This document shows, piece after piece, positions 38,121 to 50,814 of a stretch of DNA of 64,000 nt. Source of the DNA: Psammoneis japonica (Eukaryota). The notes under the pieces were generated by a model. It did no database searches, had not been told where the DNA came from, and saw nothing but the letters and a program-made list of their open reading frames with translations. The number at the start of each line of letters is the position of its first letter. Position 1 is the first letter of the stretch. The DNA is taken from assembly GCA_008632985.1 (NCBI GenBank), contig QPGO01000072.1:248001-312000 (forward strand). Reading direction: 5' to 3'. Both the position numbers and the translations under genes were made by a program.

Positions 38121-41100
38121 AGTTGACGTCTGTCAATCCACCTGTCGACTGCGCGCAATCACGCGCATCTGTTTTCAAATTCCGCCATCAAAACTCTGCT
38201 CGATGTTGCAGTCATAATTTTCAGTCAACGACTTTTGCAACAACAACAGCTGCTAGTTTACAACCTTGAGCATCAGCTCTTTCGACATCTGCAGTCAGTC
38301 ATCTCAAGCCGTCGATCGTCCATTTCAAATGGAATCGCCGTTCATCGATTCGACAGACCTCTCCAGTCTGTCGACGATGACACCACGTGCAGCTGAGCCT
38401 CCCTCCTTTGTCGACAGGCTCGTACGCATTTTCCCGCCACTGGAACCAATCCATGGAGCTGGAATCATCATCGTCAAGCGTCGTCATTTTCGGCCGTTGC
38501 GACACCAAACCCGGGCTGAGTCGTTTCGAACTCTCCAAGTCCATGCCAAGTCAAGACCTGCCTCTCACGCTGTTCGACGACGACACTCTCGTTGCCGATT
38601 GATTGTTGAGCTTCTGTGGCAGTCTCCCAATGATGCTGCATCGAGAGCTTCATTTTGCCGTTTGTGCCCCAAACTCCGCGCAGCTTCAGCACCAAGTTCT
38701 GCGCATTGACTCAAATCCACCATGGCCGGAACGCCGTCAAAGACTCCGTCCAAGACCCCCAAGGGCACCAAGACTCTGCAACAGAGGAGTCAGACTCCTC
38801 AACCTTCTCGAACCAGCAATGGGACACCTGCTGCTCCCGCTGGCAAGAACAGCAGTTCCACCACAGGAGCCAATCAACCTCCGCCTCCTCCAAGGTGTGG
38901 AGGGATCCATCCAGAATGTGGGTGATGCATGGGTGGTTCTCCGTTGGATGACGACTGCAAGCCCAAGCCACCTCGTTCCTGCCGCTCAACCAACCAGTCT
39001 CACGACAAGAAGATTCTGCTGCACATCGAACGTGCTCTTCACGAAGCTTGAGACGGAACACTCGTCGTCAAGCTTGACGGAAACCTCGAGCTCACTGACA
39101 TGACCTCCAACGAGCTCGACCAATCCCACTTCGTTCAAGCTATCCGCACCCTTGTCAAGGAGCATGGCTTGGAGAACTTCTTCGCTGTGAAGCTCGAGAA
39201 GAAGGTTGTGTCACCATTCGACCATCTCCACTCTTTTGCGGTCGACGAGGTGATTGCCGAGTGCCTTCATCACGCCAACGTCGCCAAGGACTTCACTGCC
39301 TGTGACGATTGCGAGCACAACGATGTCGCCCTCTCCCGATTGGTTGTTGAGTCTAGAATCTCACACCGATTCCACGAGAAGATCAAGGTCCAATTCGGAC
39401 ATGACGATCTCTTTGAGTGCCACCCCGGTCAAGTCTGTTTGATGATGGCTTTGGATGCTTGCAATGCATCTGCCGTGCATGACGTTGCCCAAGCCACCGA
39501 GGACCTCGATGCTCCATTGCTTGCATCCCACCCGGGTGAGGACGTGACTGAGTTCGCTGCCGAAGCTCTCCGTCTCACCAAGCTGCTCCAAGCCGGGTGT
39601 GCATCACCTGTCGACCTCGGGTCGAGCATTCTCAAGAAGTGCCAAAAGACCTCATGTGAGGCACTCAATCGCAAGATTTACACCAAGTTGGACAAGGTGT
39701 CGACCATGGAACACAAGCATCACCTTGGCGATCCCAAGGCGATCACCGCGGACTCCGACTGTGATGAACTCGGGCCCACAGCGTGCACCTCCTTTTTGCA
39801 GAAGGAGCATCGCTTCTGCGTCACCGACAAGGATTGGCCCAGACTTTCCACCAAGCTCCCTCAGAGCAACAACGCTTCCAAGACCAGAAAAGGGGCCTGC
39901 AATGCATGTGGTGCTCCGGACCACTGGGCCAACGATCCCAAGTGTCCCAAGTGTGCCGAACATCAGAAGCACAAGAAAGAGAAACGTGAGCAGCGTCGAC
40001 AGAACAGTCGCAAGGACAACCCAACGGCACCACCTGCCACTGCACCGCCTCCTGCGTCTTCCGTTACGGTCGACACTGTCCCTGCTGACAAACAAGCCAA
40101 ACTCAAGGAGTTGCTCACCAACGAGCCCCATCGTCACACCCGTCCGGCGGCCCTGTCCAAACCCGTCGTGAACAAGTGCGGTTCGACCACGCATTTTTGT
40201 GGAAAGTGCACTTGCAAGCACACCGGCATTCGGGGGATGTACACGAATCACAAGGAGTCAGATCATGTTCGCAAACCACCGAAACAAGAACCACCTGCGG
40301 CCAATCTTACCTCCATTGACGACCCAGATTCGGGCGTCCCACCTGGGCCACCCGCTCAGACTGCTGCAGACCCAACCAATGCGCCCGAGCCCTCTCCTGA
40401 TGAGGATGAGCTTGTTTGGACTGGATTCCATTGTTGTGTGGTCAAGGACTCGTCTCCTCCCACCCCGTCTGTCGCACGAGTCTCCTGCAAACCCGCTTCC
40501 GCGTCTCAGAGGGAGCGCCTGCCGGTTGCAGTCGAGACCGTCGAACCTGAAGATGCTGACGACTTCAGCGATCACTTCGATGCATGTGACGATCTCTCTT
40601 GGGACGATTCCATTGTTGTGTTTCCACCCACGACTGCTCCTTCATCCAGTGTCCCTGCTTCGGGCACTCCGGCTCCTGCGGCAGAGTTCTTCTTCGATGC
40701 CGAGTCCGGACCCGAACCCGTGCCGGATCCACCGGTTCCCCAAGCTCACCATCTGTTGCTGTGGGATCTCCTCAAGCTCCCGCTCTTTTGGATCTCTGCA
40801 ATGCTTTGGGAAGGTCTCCTGTGGCTCGTCTGCTCCCAGGATGATCCCCCCCCTCCTCCCCGCCGTGAACGTCGCCTCAAGCACCGCCCTGCGCTGTGTC
40901 GCTGCCCCTGTCGTTGGGGCGTGATTGCGTGCGCTGTTGCGCTTTGGCATTTTGTGTGCGGCGGCGCTGTCCCTCCCCACCCCTTTCAATCATTGGACCG
41001 CCTCTCTTCTCAAACATATGAAGTTGTCTCTGCTCTCGATGAGCGCGTCGATCTGTCGCCCGGTGCGTTCGTCCAGTGCCATGCTGTCAAGGTCAGACAA

Positions 41101-44100
41101 TTCAAATGTGAGTTGGCGCGCTCAGAGGGAGACAAGCAAGACAAAAGCCACTCTGCCTTTTGAACTTTCTGAGTTGATTGACAGGAGTGACAATGACGAT
41201 TTCTTTGATGCGTGCACGGAGCTCCCCGTCCATGCGGAGCACTTCTTCGATGCTGATGCCTTCTGCGAGTCTGACTGCTCGAGCCCGGATGTCTTCGGCA
41301 TTGCTGACTTGTGTCACGCCCGCCACTTTGTCGACTGTGCCAATGCTCCGGAGCTCGCTACGGAGGATCCATCGGCTTCACCAGCTTTGCCGACCTCCGC
41401 TGCACTTCGTGCCATTTCCGGGGAGACCCAACTTTCGCGTCTCGCCGCTGATCCCCAGGCCCTCTTCCACATCAGACCAAGTGATCTCCAGGTTGTTTTT
41501 GACACTGGTGCCTCGCAGGCCATCACTCCTGACAAGAAAGATTTTGATGGTCCGATCAAGTGCTGCCGGACCCCGCTCCGCCTCGGCAGCATGGCTGAAG
41601 GCATGTGCATCACTGGTGAGGGCACCGTCACGTGGACCTTTCAAGCCAGAGAGGGTCACGAAATTGCTGTCCAGCTCCGCACCTTTCTCGTCCCGTCCTC
41701 CAAGGTTCGCCCACTTTCTCCACAACGTCTCTTCCATGCAGACGGTGTCAAAGGACATTTTTGGGGTGACAGTGAGATTTTCAAGGTTTGTTTTGCAGAC
41801 ACGCCGGAGTCAACGCTCGAGTGCGACGAGCGCTCCCACTCACCGGTTGGCTGCACGACTCTCGGTTCCATCCATGCAACACAAGTCAATTTGAGCGCCA
41901 TCAGCGACCCGGATGACCTCAATCTGTCTGCTGGACAGAAGCTTCTCAATGAATGGCATCATGCGCGCTTTGGGCACTTAAATTTTCCCAATATCCAAGC
42001 TCCACTCTGCGGCCATCCGTTCGAGGCCATGAAATTCAAGGCAGCATCCAAATGCGACATTCCAAAATGCGGTGCATGCGAACATGCCAAGGCTCATCGC
42101 CGTTCTTTGAAGTCTGCCATTCACAAATCCGACCCCAAGCACGATGGAGCGTTGAAGGCTGACCATCTCAATCCCGGCCAGTCCGTCAGCGTCGACCATT
42201 TCGAATCGCGTCTCAAGGGCCGTGCCTGTGATTCATGCGGCAAACCGTCCTCCCAGCAGCATGTTGGCGGCTGCATCTTTGTCGACCACTCCTCTGGTCA
42301 CATCCACGTTGAACACCAAGTCGGTTTCTCCGCTGTCGAGACTGTTCAAGCGAAACAGGCATGTGAGACCATGGCAATGGGACACGGCGTGATCGTCCAA
42401 ACTTGCCTCACCGACGGTGGCGCTTTCAAGGCCAACCAGTTCGTTTCCCACATCCATGACTCCCAGCAACGCATGCACTTTTGTGGCACCAACACTCATC
42501 ATCAAAATGGTGTTGCCGAACGCTCCATTTGGTCCACATCCAATGTGGCTCGCACCATGATCCTCCATGCTTCGATTCACTGGTGTGGCGGCATCGACAG
42601 CTCTCTGTGGCCCATGGCAGTGCACTGTGCTGCCCACATCTACAACGCCACTCCCGGCACTCATGGTCTGTGTCCCGCCAACATCTTTGCTGGCTCCACC
42701 GTCCCACGCCACTGCCTCCGCAATCTCCATGTTTGGGGTTGTCCCGTCTGCGTCTTGGATCCCAAATTACAGGAGGGCAAGAAACTTCCCCATTGGCAGC
42801 CGCGTTCTCGGCGTGGTGTCTTTCTTGGACTCAGCAACATTCATGCCAGTGAGGTGCCGTTGGTCCTCAATCTCAATGCTGGCTCCATCACTCCCCAGTG
42901 CCACATCATGTTTGACAATCTCTTCACCACGGTTGCTTCGATCGCGAGGGAGAGCGAACCGCCAGATCACTGGGAAGAATTGTGGTTGGAGAACACCACT
43001 CAAATTCCCTTGGACTTGACCGATGGACCGTTGTTCCTTCAAGACGACTGGCTCACTCCTGCTGAACTTGAACAGAAACGACGACATGAGACTGGGAAAC
43101 GCAATGTTCGCGCTGCACGTCAACAGCAGCAGAACTTGCCAAAACCCACTGAGAAACCAAAACCCACAGGGGATCCTTTGCCATCTCCAAATCCACCACC
43201 GTCTGCACCATCGACACCAACAACTGCAGTTGATCCATCACCGACACCACCGCCACAAACACTGTCGCTTCAAAACCCATCATCGCCGACGCCTCCAGTT
43301 GACGATCCTCCACCTTCAGTCGCACGTCCACCGTCTGCTGCTGGCAATGGTCCGGGCACGTCAGTCCCATCCACGACTGCTCCAGTCCCACCTGAACCCT
43401 CATCCACGACTGAGACACCAGGGGTGCGCCGATCCCAACGGTCGAACAAGGGTACGCGCACAACTGCTCGTTTCGCCGACGAAGTGCACCTGGCTTCTGT
43501 TGTCCCTGACGATGTTGGAGGACAACAGGCTCAGCTTGCCCATTTGGCTGAGATCCAGACTGACTGTGATTTGGGTGTTTTGGATGTTCAGGCCCGCGGA
43601 TCTACGCCGCCAAGGTCAAACGCGATGCGGATGATCCGAACATTCGCGAGGCTCTCTCGGGTGATTTTGCCAAGCAACACATTGAAGCCATGAAGACGGA
43701 GGCATCTGCTCTTGTCCATCGTAAAACGTGGCAATTTGTGAAACAGGAGAAGTCAATGAATGTGCTCAAGTCCATGTGGGCATTCAAGTTGAAACGATTG
43801 CTGGATGGCACGCCGCTCAAGTTCAAAGCGCGATTTTGTGTCCGAGGAGATCTGCAAAAAGAGGGAGTTGACTGCTTCGAGACCTGCGCTCCAGTGGTCC
43901 AATGGTCGACCATCTGTCTCGCATTGAGTGCTGTCCTGCAAGAAGGATGGACCACCCATCAGGTCGATTGCACCAACGCTTTTGCGCAGGCCGAGATGAC
44001 GGAAGACGTTTGTGTCGAACCACCCAAGTGTTTCGCTCCCAGTTCAGGATCCAATGTTGTCTTGAAGCTGCTCAAGAGTCTCTGCAGTCTCAAGCAAGCT

Positions 44101-45470
44101 CCCAAGTGCTTCTTTGATGAGCTGCGTGAAGGATCATTGGAACGAGGATGGACCCAGTCGCAAGTCGACCCGTGCCCATTTTTCAAGGACGGTGTGATTT
44201 GTGTGGTCTGTGTTGATGACACCATCCTCGCTGGCAAGAATGGAGCCGCTCTAGAAAGTGAGATCAAGGCTCCAGGCATCCAAGACGATGAACAACGCCA
44301 TGCATTCGAGTTGCGAAACAAGGGAGAAGTTGGCGACTTCCTCGGTGTCAAGATTTTGCAAAACCGGACCCAAGGAATTCTTCCTTGCCCAGCCTGGACT
44401 TGTTGACAAGGCCCTCAAGACAGCTGGCATGGAAGATCGCCGCTCTTCTCCCACTCCCAGTGCTGCCTCTCCATGTCATGCGGATGAAGAGGGAGCCGAA
44501 TTCGACGAGAACTGGGACTGCCGTTCCGTCATCAGCATGTTGATGTGTCTGTCATCATCCAACTCCCGACCTGATGTCTGCTGTGCCACGCATCAAGCCG
44601 CCCGCTTCTCACATGCTCCCAAGCATTCTCGTGCGATTGCGGTGAAGCGCATTCTACGATGCTTGCAAGGCACCAAGGACAAGGGACTCTGTCTGTGCCC
44701 TGGCGACAACGAACGTGTTGATTGTTTCGTTGACGCCGACTTCGCCGGCCTCTGCGGTCACGAAGACACTCAAGATCCGGTCAGCGTCAAGTCCCGCACC
44801 GGACATGTCATCTTGTGTCGTGATTGTCCCATTTTATGGGTTTCCAAGCTACAGACGCAAGTGGCACTCTCCACTGTGGAGGCCGAGTGCCTTGCTCTGT
44901 CGGCTGCGATGTGCGACCTGACTCCGATTCGTGAAATTTTGAAGGAATTCAAGTGCCATGTTTTCGGTCTCATGGATTACAAGACCCCTGCCACCACCAA
45001 GTCCAAGGCCTTTTCAGATGTAAAGGATGGTGCGATCCCTTCTTCAGCAGTTTATGAAGACAATCAGGCATGCCTCAAGTTTGCGAAAATGGCCAAGTTG
45101 TCTCCACGTGCCAAACACATTGGCGTTCCCTGTCATTGGTTCCGCGCCAAGGTCGAGGCTCTTGAGATCCGGATTGAGCCTGTGGGAACTGATTCCCAGT
45201 TAGCTGATCAATTTGCGAAGGGACTTATTGCTGACAAGTTTGAATCTGGTCGGTTGAGTCTCTCAGGCTGGCAGCTCTACGGTTGAGAGGGAGAGTTGAC
45301 GTCTGTCAATCTACCTGTCGACTGCGCGCAATCGCGCGCTTCAATTTTCAAATTCCGCCATCAAAACTCTGCTCGACATTGCAGTCACAATTTTCAGTCA
45401 ACGACTTTTGCAACAACAACAGCTACTAGTTTACAACCTTGAGCATCAGCTCTTTCGATATCTACAGTTA
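38121..45470 (+). mobile_element. Full-length Ty1/Copia LTR retrotransposon (~7.35 kb)
   Basis: 177-bp LTRs at 38121-38297 and 45294-45470, PPT GAGAGGGAG, domain order gag-PR-IN-RT-RH. TSD not clean (TGCG vs TACA). Confidence 0.95.
38329..45286 (+). pseudogene. Copia gag-pol polyprotein, frameshifted, with Tyr almost entirely replaced by Cys/His
   Basis: CNACGAPDHW zinc knuckle, VFDTGAS, HARFGH..CGACEHAK, SVDHF, HHQNGVAER, KFKARFCVRGDLQ, LKQAP, VVCVDD, FVDADFAG, STVEAEC, YEDN, ADQFAKGL. Confidence 0.93.
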
Positions 45471-45921
45471 TACATCGGCACAACAAGTCTGCGTTCCGTT
45501 TTGTTTCTGCGATCTGGGATCGGCGAGTGTGTGTGAAGTTTTTGTGAGTTTGGAGTTTGAAATTTCGGATTTTCTTTGGTTTTGGCAACTCCAGCGAAAA
45601 AACGAAATTTCACCAAATTTTGTTAAAAGAGCAAAAAAGAGCAGAAAAAAGATGAATAGGATCCCTACGACTGAAACAAGAGCCCGGATATTTCTTTTTA
45701 CTGTAGAGTTGCCAGTTGCCATGCAAACAGTTGCGTACATGTTGTAGAAATCCTTGTGTTGTAGTTTGTTCTTTTCTCTTCAGTTGTTGTATTACATAAT
45801 ACATTATCATCCTACGCAGAAGCTCATATAGGACCAGAGAGCGCGGCTTGGCTCCATCCCACGTTAGCACCAGTAAAAATAACTAGCTAGGAGCACTTTA
45901 TAGAATGGGCCCAGAGTCAAG

Positions 45922-46701
45922 CTATGGTCCTCCGGTGCCGGCGTTTCCACTGCTGCCGGCACTACTGCGTCTCTCGTCAATGAAGTCGACGAATCTATAA
46001 AGGGCAACCATCAACAGAGCCAACTTCTCCGCCTCACCATTCACGCCATCAAGATCAACCACAGCCGTAAATCCCCCATCGGCATTTTCAGCCTTGATAC
46101 CCATCGCAATGGAATGCAGTGCATGTCCATTCTGATCCGTAACAGGAATCTCCCACCCCGTACGGTCCAGCTTACGAGTTAGACAGCACGGACCGATTCC
46201 CAGCGTGGGGAAGCAAAGGAGCATAATGCAGCAGCAGAAGGCGTATTCGTTCATCCAGCCAAAGGCTCTTCTTGGTCCAAGCTGGAAGTTCGTGCTGGAG
46301 TTTCCGACTACGTCAATACTCGGCCGGGATCCTTTGTTGCGGATGGACGCAATGGGCTGTCCTCCTGTTGCGGTTGAAACAATGGCAATCTCCTTCTGTC
46401 TGAACTTGTCGCGATGGTACGACACAACAACCGCTTCGGTAGAGGAAGGAGAAGGAGTCGACGTAACGGCAACGTCGAGATCTCCCTTGTAAATATCCTT
46501 GCAGATGATATCGACGGATCCGAGGAGGAGGTTGGCATTGCCATTGGTTGAACCAGCTCCTTCCTTTTGGCAGATCGTGAGAGTACCGCGGAAGCCACCG
46601 CCTCCGAGGAGGCCTCGTCCTTGAGATTTCCAAGTCTCGGGATTGTACGAGATCTCAATTTTGGTGGCATCCCGAGGGATGATCGATAGTTCAGCCGACA
46701 T
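45922..46701 (-). CDS. Hypothetical protein (259 aa) with a Cys-rich hydrophobic segment
   Basis: Single ATG-initiated ORF with normal composition; AFCCCIMLLCFPTLGIGPCC. Confidence 0.65.
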   Translation of the reverse strand: MSAELSIIPRDATKIEISYNPETWKSQGRGLLGGGGFRGTLTICQKEGAGSTNGNANLLLGSVDIICKDIYKGDLDVAVTSTPSPSSTEAVVVSYHRDKFRQKEIAIVSTATGGQPIASIRNKGSRPSIDVVGNSSTNFQLGPRRAFGWMNEYAFCCCIMLLCFPTLGIGPCCLTRKLDRTGWEIPVTDQNGHALHSIAMGIKAENADGGFTAVVDLDGVNGEAEKLALLMVALYRFVDFIDERRSSAGSSGNAGTGGP

Positions 46702-47072
46702 TGTTTACGGCGTAATTTACTACTCTAGGTTTTTTGTGATCACGGTGTCGGATTCAGCGAGGAGCAGGCAGGAGTGGTTGCTTGAAAGATTTTCGAATTG
46801 CCGTTTTCGAGTTGTCTTCCCAACCGTTCCAAAACCCGCCCGGCCGATCCAGATCGCTCGCCTCGCTCGAAAAGCGCAATGACCAGCAGCGCACGCACCC
46901 AGACCGTAAAACCAAAACGAGCCATGATGATGGGCCGCGCACGTCCTCGCACCGAGACAATGCGGAAGTTCAATGTTGTTTTATCCACCAGGATGATTGA
47001 TTCACGAGCTTCTCGACTACTCTCTTTGATCTTATCACGAACTTGTGATCATACTACAGCTTTTTCACAAGC

Positions 47073-48754
47073 ATGCCAAGTGCTAAGAAGAAGAATAATT
47101 CCCAGAATAACAAGGTGGGCGCCAAAAAGGCTCCCCATCAGAAGGACGTTCTCCGTACAGTTCATGCACCTCAGTTCCGCACTCTCTTGCTCAAGGCTCG
47201 TCAGGAGTATGCCAAGGGCCGTGCACACAGTGCCGTATTGTTGCAGCGCGAAGCATTAAAGTTAGGTCAAGAGGTCATGCCGAGATTTGATGATGACTCG
47301 CTCGTCAAGGCTCATGCGCTGGTGGAGCTTGGATTGGCTACATCGGCAGTTGTGACGGACTTTGCGTCAAATCGTGATGAATGGTTAAAGGCAAAGGAGG
47401 AAATGATGGACGCCTTTGATGAAGCATTGACGATATTTCAGAATCGTCAATCTGACAAGTCGCTTACAAAGTTCAGGAAGGAGGAGTGTTGGATGAAAGG
47501 TCAATCATACCAGTCCCCTGTTCCCCATACTGAAAGGCTCGGACCACTCGACTACATGAGCTGTGCTCACTTGGCTACCGCATCTGAGGAGCCAACTAAG
47601 AGGATTATGCATATTTTAAACAACGCCATTCAATTTGGTATTGAGTTTCAAGCAACTAAATGTGTCATTCAGCTGGAGGACGGGGCGCATCTGCAGGGAC
47701 GAATGCCACAGAACATGATTGATCAGCTCCGAACTTCGCAGAAACAGTTCCAGGCGGTGTTGACAGGAGAGAAAAGCACCCAGGAGGCCATGGATGAGCT
47801 CCATGACTTTGAAGATGACCGTCCAGAGGTTCGGCACGCGGGGACAAGGTTGGGCAGAATGAAACTCTCGCACAAGAAACTCGCCAAGGATATTTAGAAA
47901 AAGGGGCTGAAAGGCTGCGGGAATCCCGAGTGTCACAAGGTGGAAAGGCAGCCACGACAGTTTGCCACTTGCTCTCGTTGCAAGTGGGTGGCTTACTGTG
48001 GTAAGCAATGTCAGATTATGATTGGAAGCGTCACAAAAAGGAGTGCGCGACCCAAGCAGCCCAAGAAAGGGTTGAATACAAGGCACAGAACAAGAGCCAG
48101 AGCTCACTCCAGTATGGTCAGTCACAGCAGCTTCTAGTTATTGTACGATACCTTCATCACTACGTAACTATTTCGAACGAAATGCTGTCGACCAAAACAA
48201 TCGATGCAGCGCGAGTCAACGCAATGGTAAGACCCAAGTTCAACGGTGTCGAGCTCGGAGGGCTTCAGCTGGGTATGCAGGAGGTGGGCCTAGTGTGGAA
48301 TGCCCTATGGTCCATGGAGGCAAGTGACCGCAATGTCGTGATTCAGCGTTTTGTGAAGAAAATGGAGGACAATGTGTCGCATGGCTTTCCCTCCAAGGAC
48401 AAGGGCGGGCCGGACTTTGGCGTTGTTGCTGATTGGGGCAGACATGCAATTTCGGGTAATTTTGCCATTGTCGAGTACACGGATAAAGGCGCAATCATGC
48501 TTTTCGACCATAGCGGCGACATCAAGGCCTACCTCGTCGTTGGCATTACGCAATCTATTGAATCGCTTCTGGCGGCTCTCGACTCGCCGCTCCCTATTCG
48601 TATCTGTACAGCGATTTTTCCTTTCAAGGGATTGATCCTCTGTCAGGGCACACTGATGCCGGCGGAACAAGCTCCAAGTGAGCAGCTGAAGAAAACAATG
48701 AACGCACATGTTCAGGGCACGGCTGAGATAGATGTATTGACGAGCTTGGAATAG
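47073..48754 (+). CDS. MYND zinc-finger protein (two apparent 1-nt frameshifts ~47895 and ~48010)
   Basis: CGNPEC...CSRCKWVAYCGKQCQ..DWKRHKKEC split over three frames between long ORFs 47073-47897 and 48008-48754. Confidence 0.75.
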
Positions 48755-49263
48755 ATACTCATGATTGAAAAAATGATTGAAATAGAGATGGTCGTGACTC
48801 GTGGCACACACACAGTATGCATTGTCTCTAGAGAGATGTTGTACTCAGTACATACCGTAGAGTGATGGAGCATCACTGAACATCCATCCAGCACTGCCAA
48901 CTCAAACTTGAATAGCAAAAATCACATTCACGTCAGCTTTGTTGGCTTTCACCGATTCCAGAGAGCGACGGACTTGTTTTATCAATCCATATTCTAACGC
49001 AGTAACCATATTGATTCTGTAGACGGAGCATATCCAACTGGGCAGAAGTCTTTCCTGCATCTCAAGTTGAAACGAATTTGCTGCAGGAATCTAAACCCCC
49101 GCGGATTCGTCTTTCTCATGTACTAGATCTTAGGATCCCTCCGCAGATCCCTCATCCATACTGAAACTCAACTCAAAGAAACTACATGTCAAGCGGCTAC
49201 AACTCGGTGACTCCTTCCCGTCCCAATGGAACAACACGATAATCTATGGTGTCCGACAACAAA

Positions 49264-50412
49264 TCAGGCTGTCCCGTCGGTTCCAGCAGAGACAATTGAG
49301 CAATCCTCCCCGTCACTTTTCTTACTATTTTGAAGAATATCCATTGCGACTTGAAGGGGCGTCACTCGGACTTCGCACCGCTTGGCATTGAGAAGATCCA
49401 CGAACCGATCGTACAGACGTTCGTATTCTGGTCTGAGTACATTGTCTGGATCGTCTACGGCAGAGCCAACGTGTTGTGTTATTGCCATGCCGTCTTTTGC
49501 CATTGATATCATTCTTGCACCACCATCGTGCAGCTCCATTCGACGCCCATCCGACAATTCAAATGCAATCTTCCAAATATCTTGCTCCTTGTGATCCCAA
49601 CCGAACTCGGCTACAATATCAACCGCATCCATCGAGTCGCCGCAAGCGATAGCAGTGGCCTTATCATCGATGCCACTACGAGCGTTCTGTGCCCTTTTCG
49701 GTACAGAGAGGACAGAAGTACCAGAAAGAGGACCGTTCCAATTTCCTGGAATCACAAGGCTGGACTTGGTGCTGTCCAGCTCACACTCTTGCATCGGGAC
49801 GCATGAACCCAAGATTTCTTCCAACATTGATATTGGATTGAAGAGGATATCCAAGACACCAAATATGCTGTCTTTGATCCACAATTGTCCCGGATGCCAT
49901 TTGTTTACAGATTCTTTCCACTCGACATGGATAGTATTTAGCTGCAGCACGCTGCTTTGGACCCAAGCTTTAGCATTCTCCATTTGCGGACACGCTGTCG
50001 AATGATATCCCGTGTACAAGGTCAAGTTCTTGGAACGAGCAATACGTTCCAGCTCTTCAAGTTCGTGGCAGTCAAACCCAGGTGGCTTTTCCATAAACAC
50101 GGATAGTCCATAGTCATTCAATGCCTCCCTCGCGTATGCTTGTGCGAATTGTGGTGGGCACGAAACAATCACAGCATGAATTTTTGTTCCACGTCGTTGC
50201 TGCATCTGAGAAACAGCTTCACCGAGCCTTGCGTAAATCGGAGCTGGTGCGTGACTAGTGTCCTTTTTGCAAGCTAAAGGCGGATCAACAACGGCACAAA
50301 GATCAAAACATGCTGAACGACGCGACATGAGAATTGGTGCGTGTTGGTTGCGAGCGATTTCTCCGTATCCGACAATCACGACATTGTTTCTCCGACAATG
50401 AGCCATGTGCAT
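49264..50412 (-). CDS. Gfo/Idh/MocA oxidoreductase, D-galactose/L-arabinose 1-dehydrogenase-like; intronless
   Basis: IVGYGEIARNQH, FMEKPPG, WKESVNKWHPGQLWI, FGVLDILFNPIS, EYERLYDRF. Confidence 0.82.
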   Translation of the reverse strand: MHMAHCRRNNVVIVGYGEIARNQHAPILMSRRSACFDLCAVVDPPLACKKDTSHAPAPIYARLGEAVSQMQQRRGTKIHAVIVSCPPQFAQAYAREALNDYGLSVFMEKPPGFDCHELEELERIARSKNLTLYTGYHSTACPQMENAKAWVQSSVLQLNTIHVEWKESVNKWHPGQLWIKDSIFGVLDILFNPISMLEEILGSCVPMQECELDSTKSSLVIPGNWNGPLSGTSVLSVPKRAQNARSGIDDKATAIACGDSMDAVDIVAEFGWDHKEQDIWKIAFELSDGRRMELHDGGARMISMAKDGMAITQHVGSAVDDPDNVLRPEYERLYDRFVDLLNAKRCEVRVTPLQVAMDILQNSKKSDGEDCSIVSAGTDGTA

Positions 50413-50814
50413 CAAATTTTACTTTTCATGAATCATACCCTGATCAGGCAGGCAGTGATAAAAACAGACATGTAAGCAACCGACGCACCGCCATTGCCAT
50501 CTCAGCGAAAAAAAAAACTGAGCGAAAAGAAAAAACCGTAAACCGTTGCGCGCGATCGATCGCGATGAGATGAGGCGCATTTCAGCTCCAGTCTGACCGC
50601 GTCAACCGCTATGGCTACTACGGTAGCTACATAGTCCGCAAAGACCGCAAGGACCAAGTCCTTTTCCTCTCCAAACCAGCCGAAACAGCTACAACTTGCA
50701 CACGTTGAATGTAATCCTTAAAAAGCTTTTTAATAACATGTAGTTCTTTCAGTAGCTACAATCGGGACCGATTGCTTCGAAGCTTAGCTTATCCTGTGCA
50801 AGTCACGACAACTC

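Noticed and set aside
34579..45286. Alternative genetic code or ADAR-type RNA editing as the explanation for Tyr->Cys
   Set aside because: Host genes use Tyr normally, non-coding LTRs are affected, and both A->G and T->C occur on the same strand.
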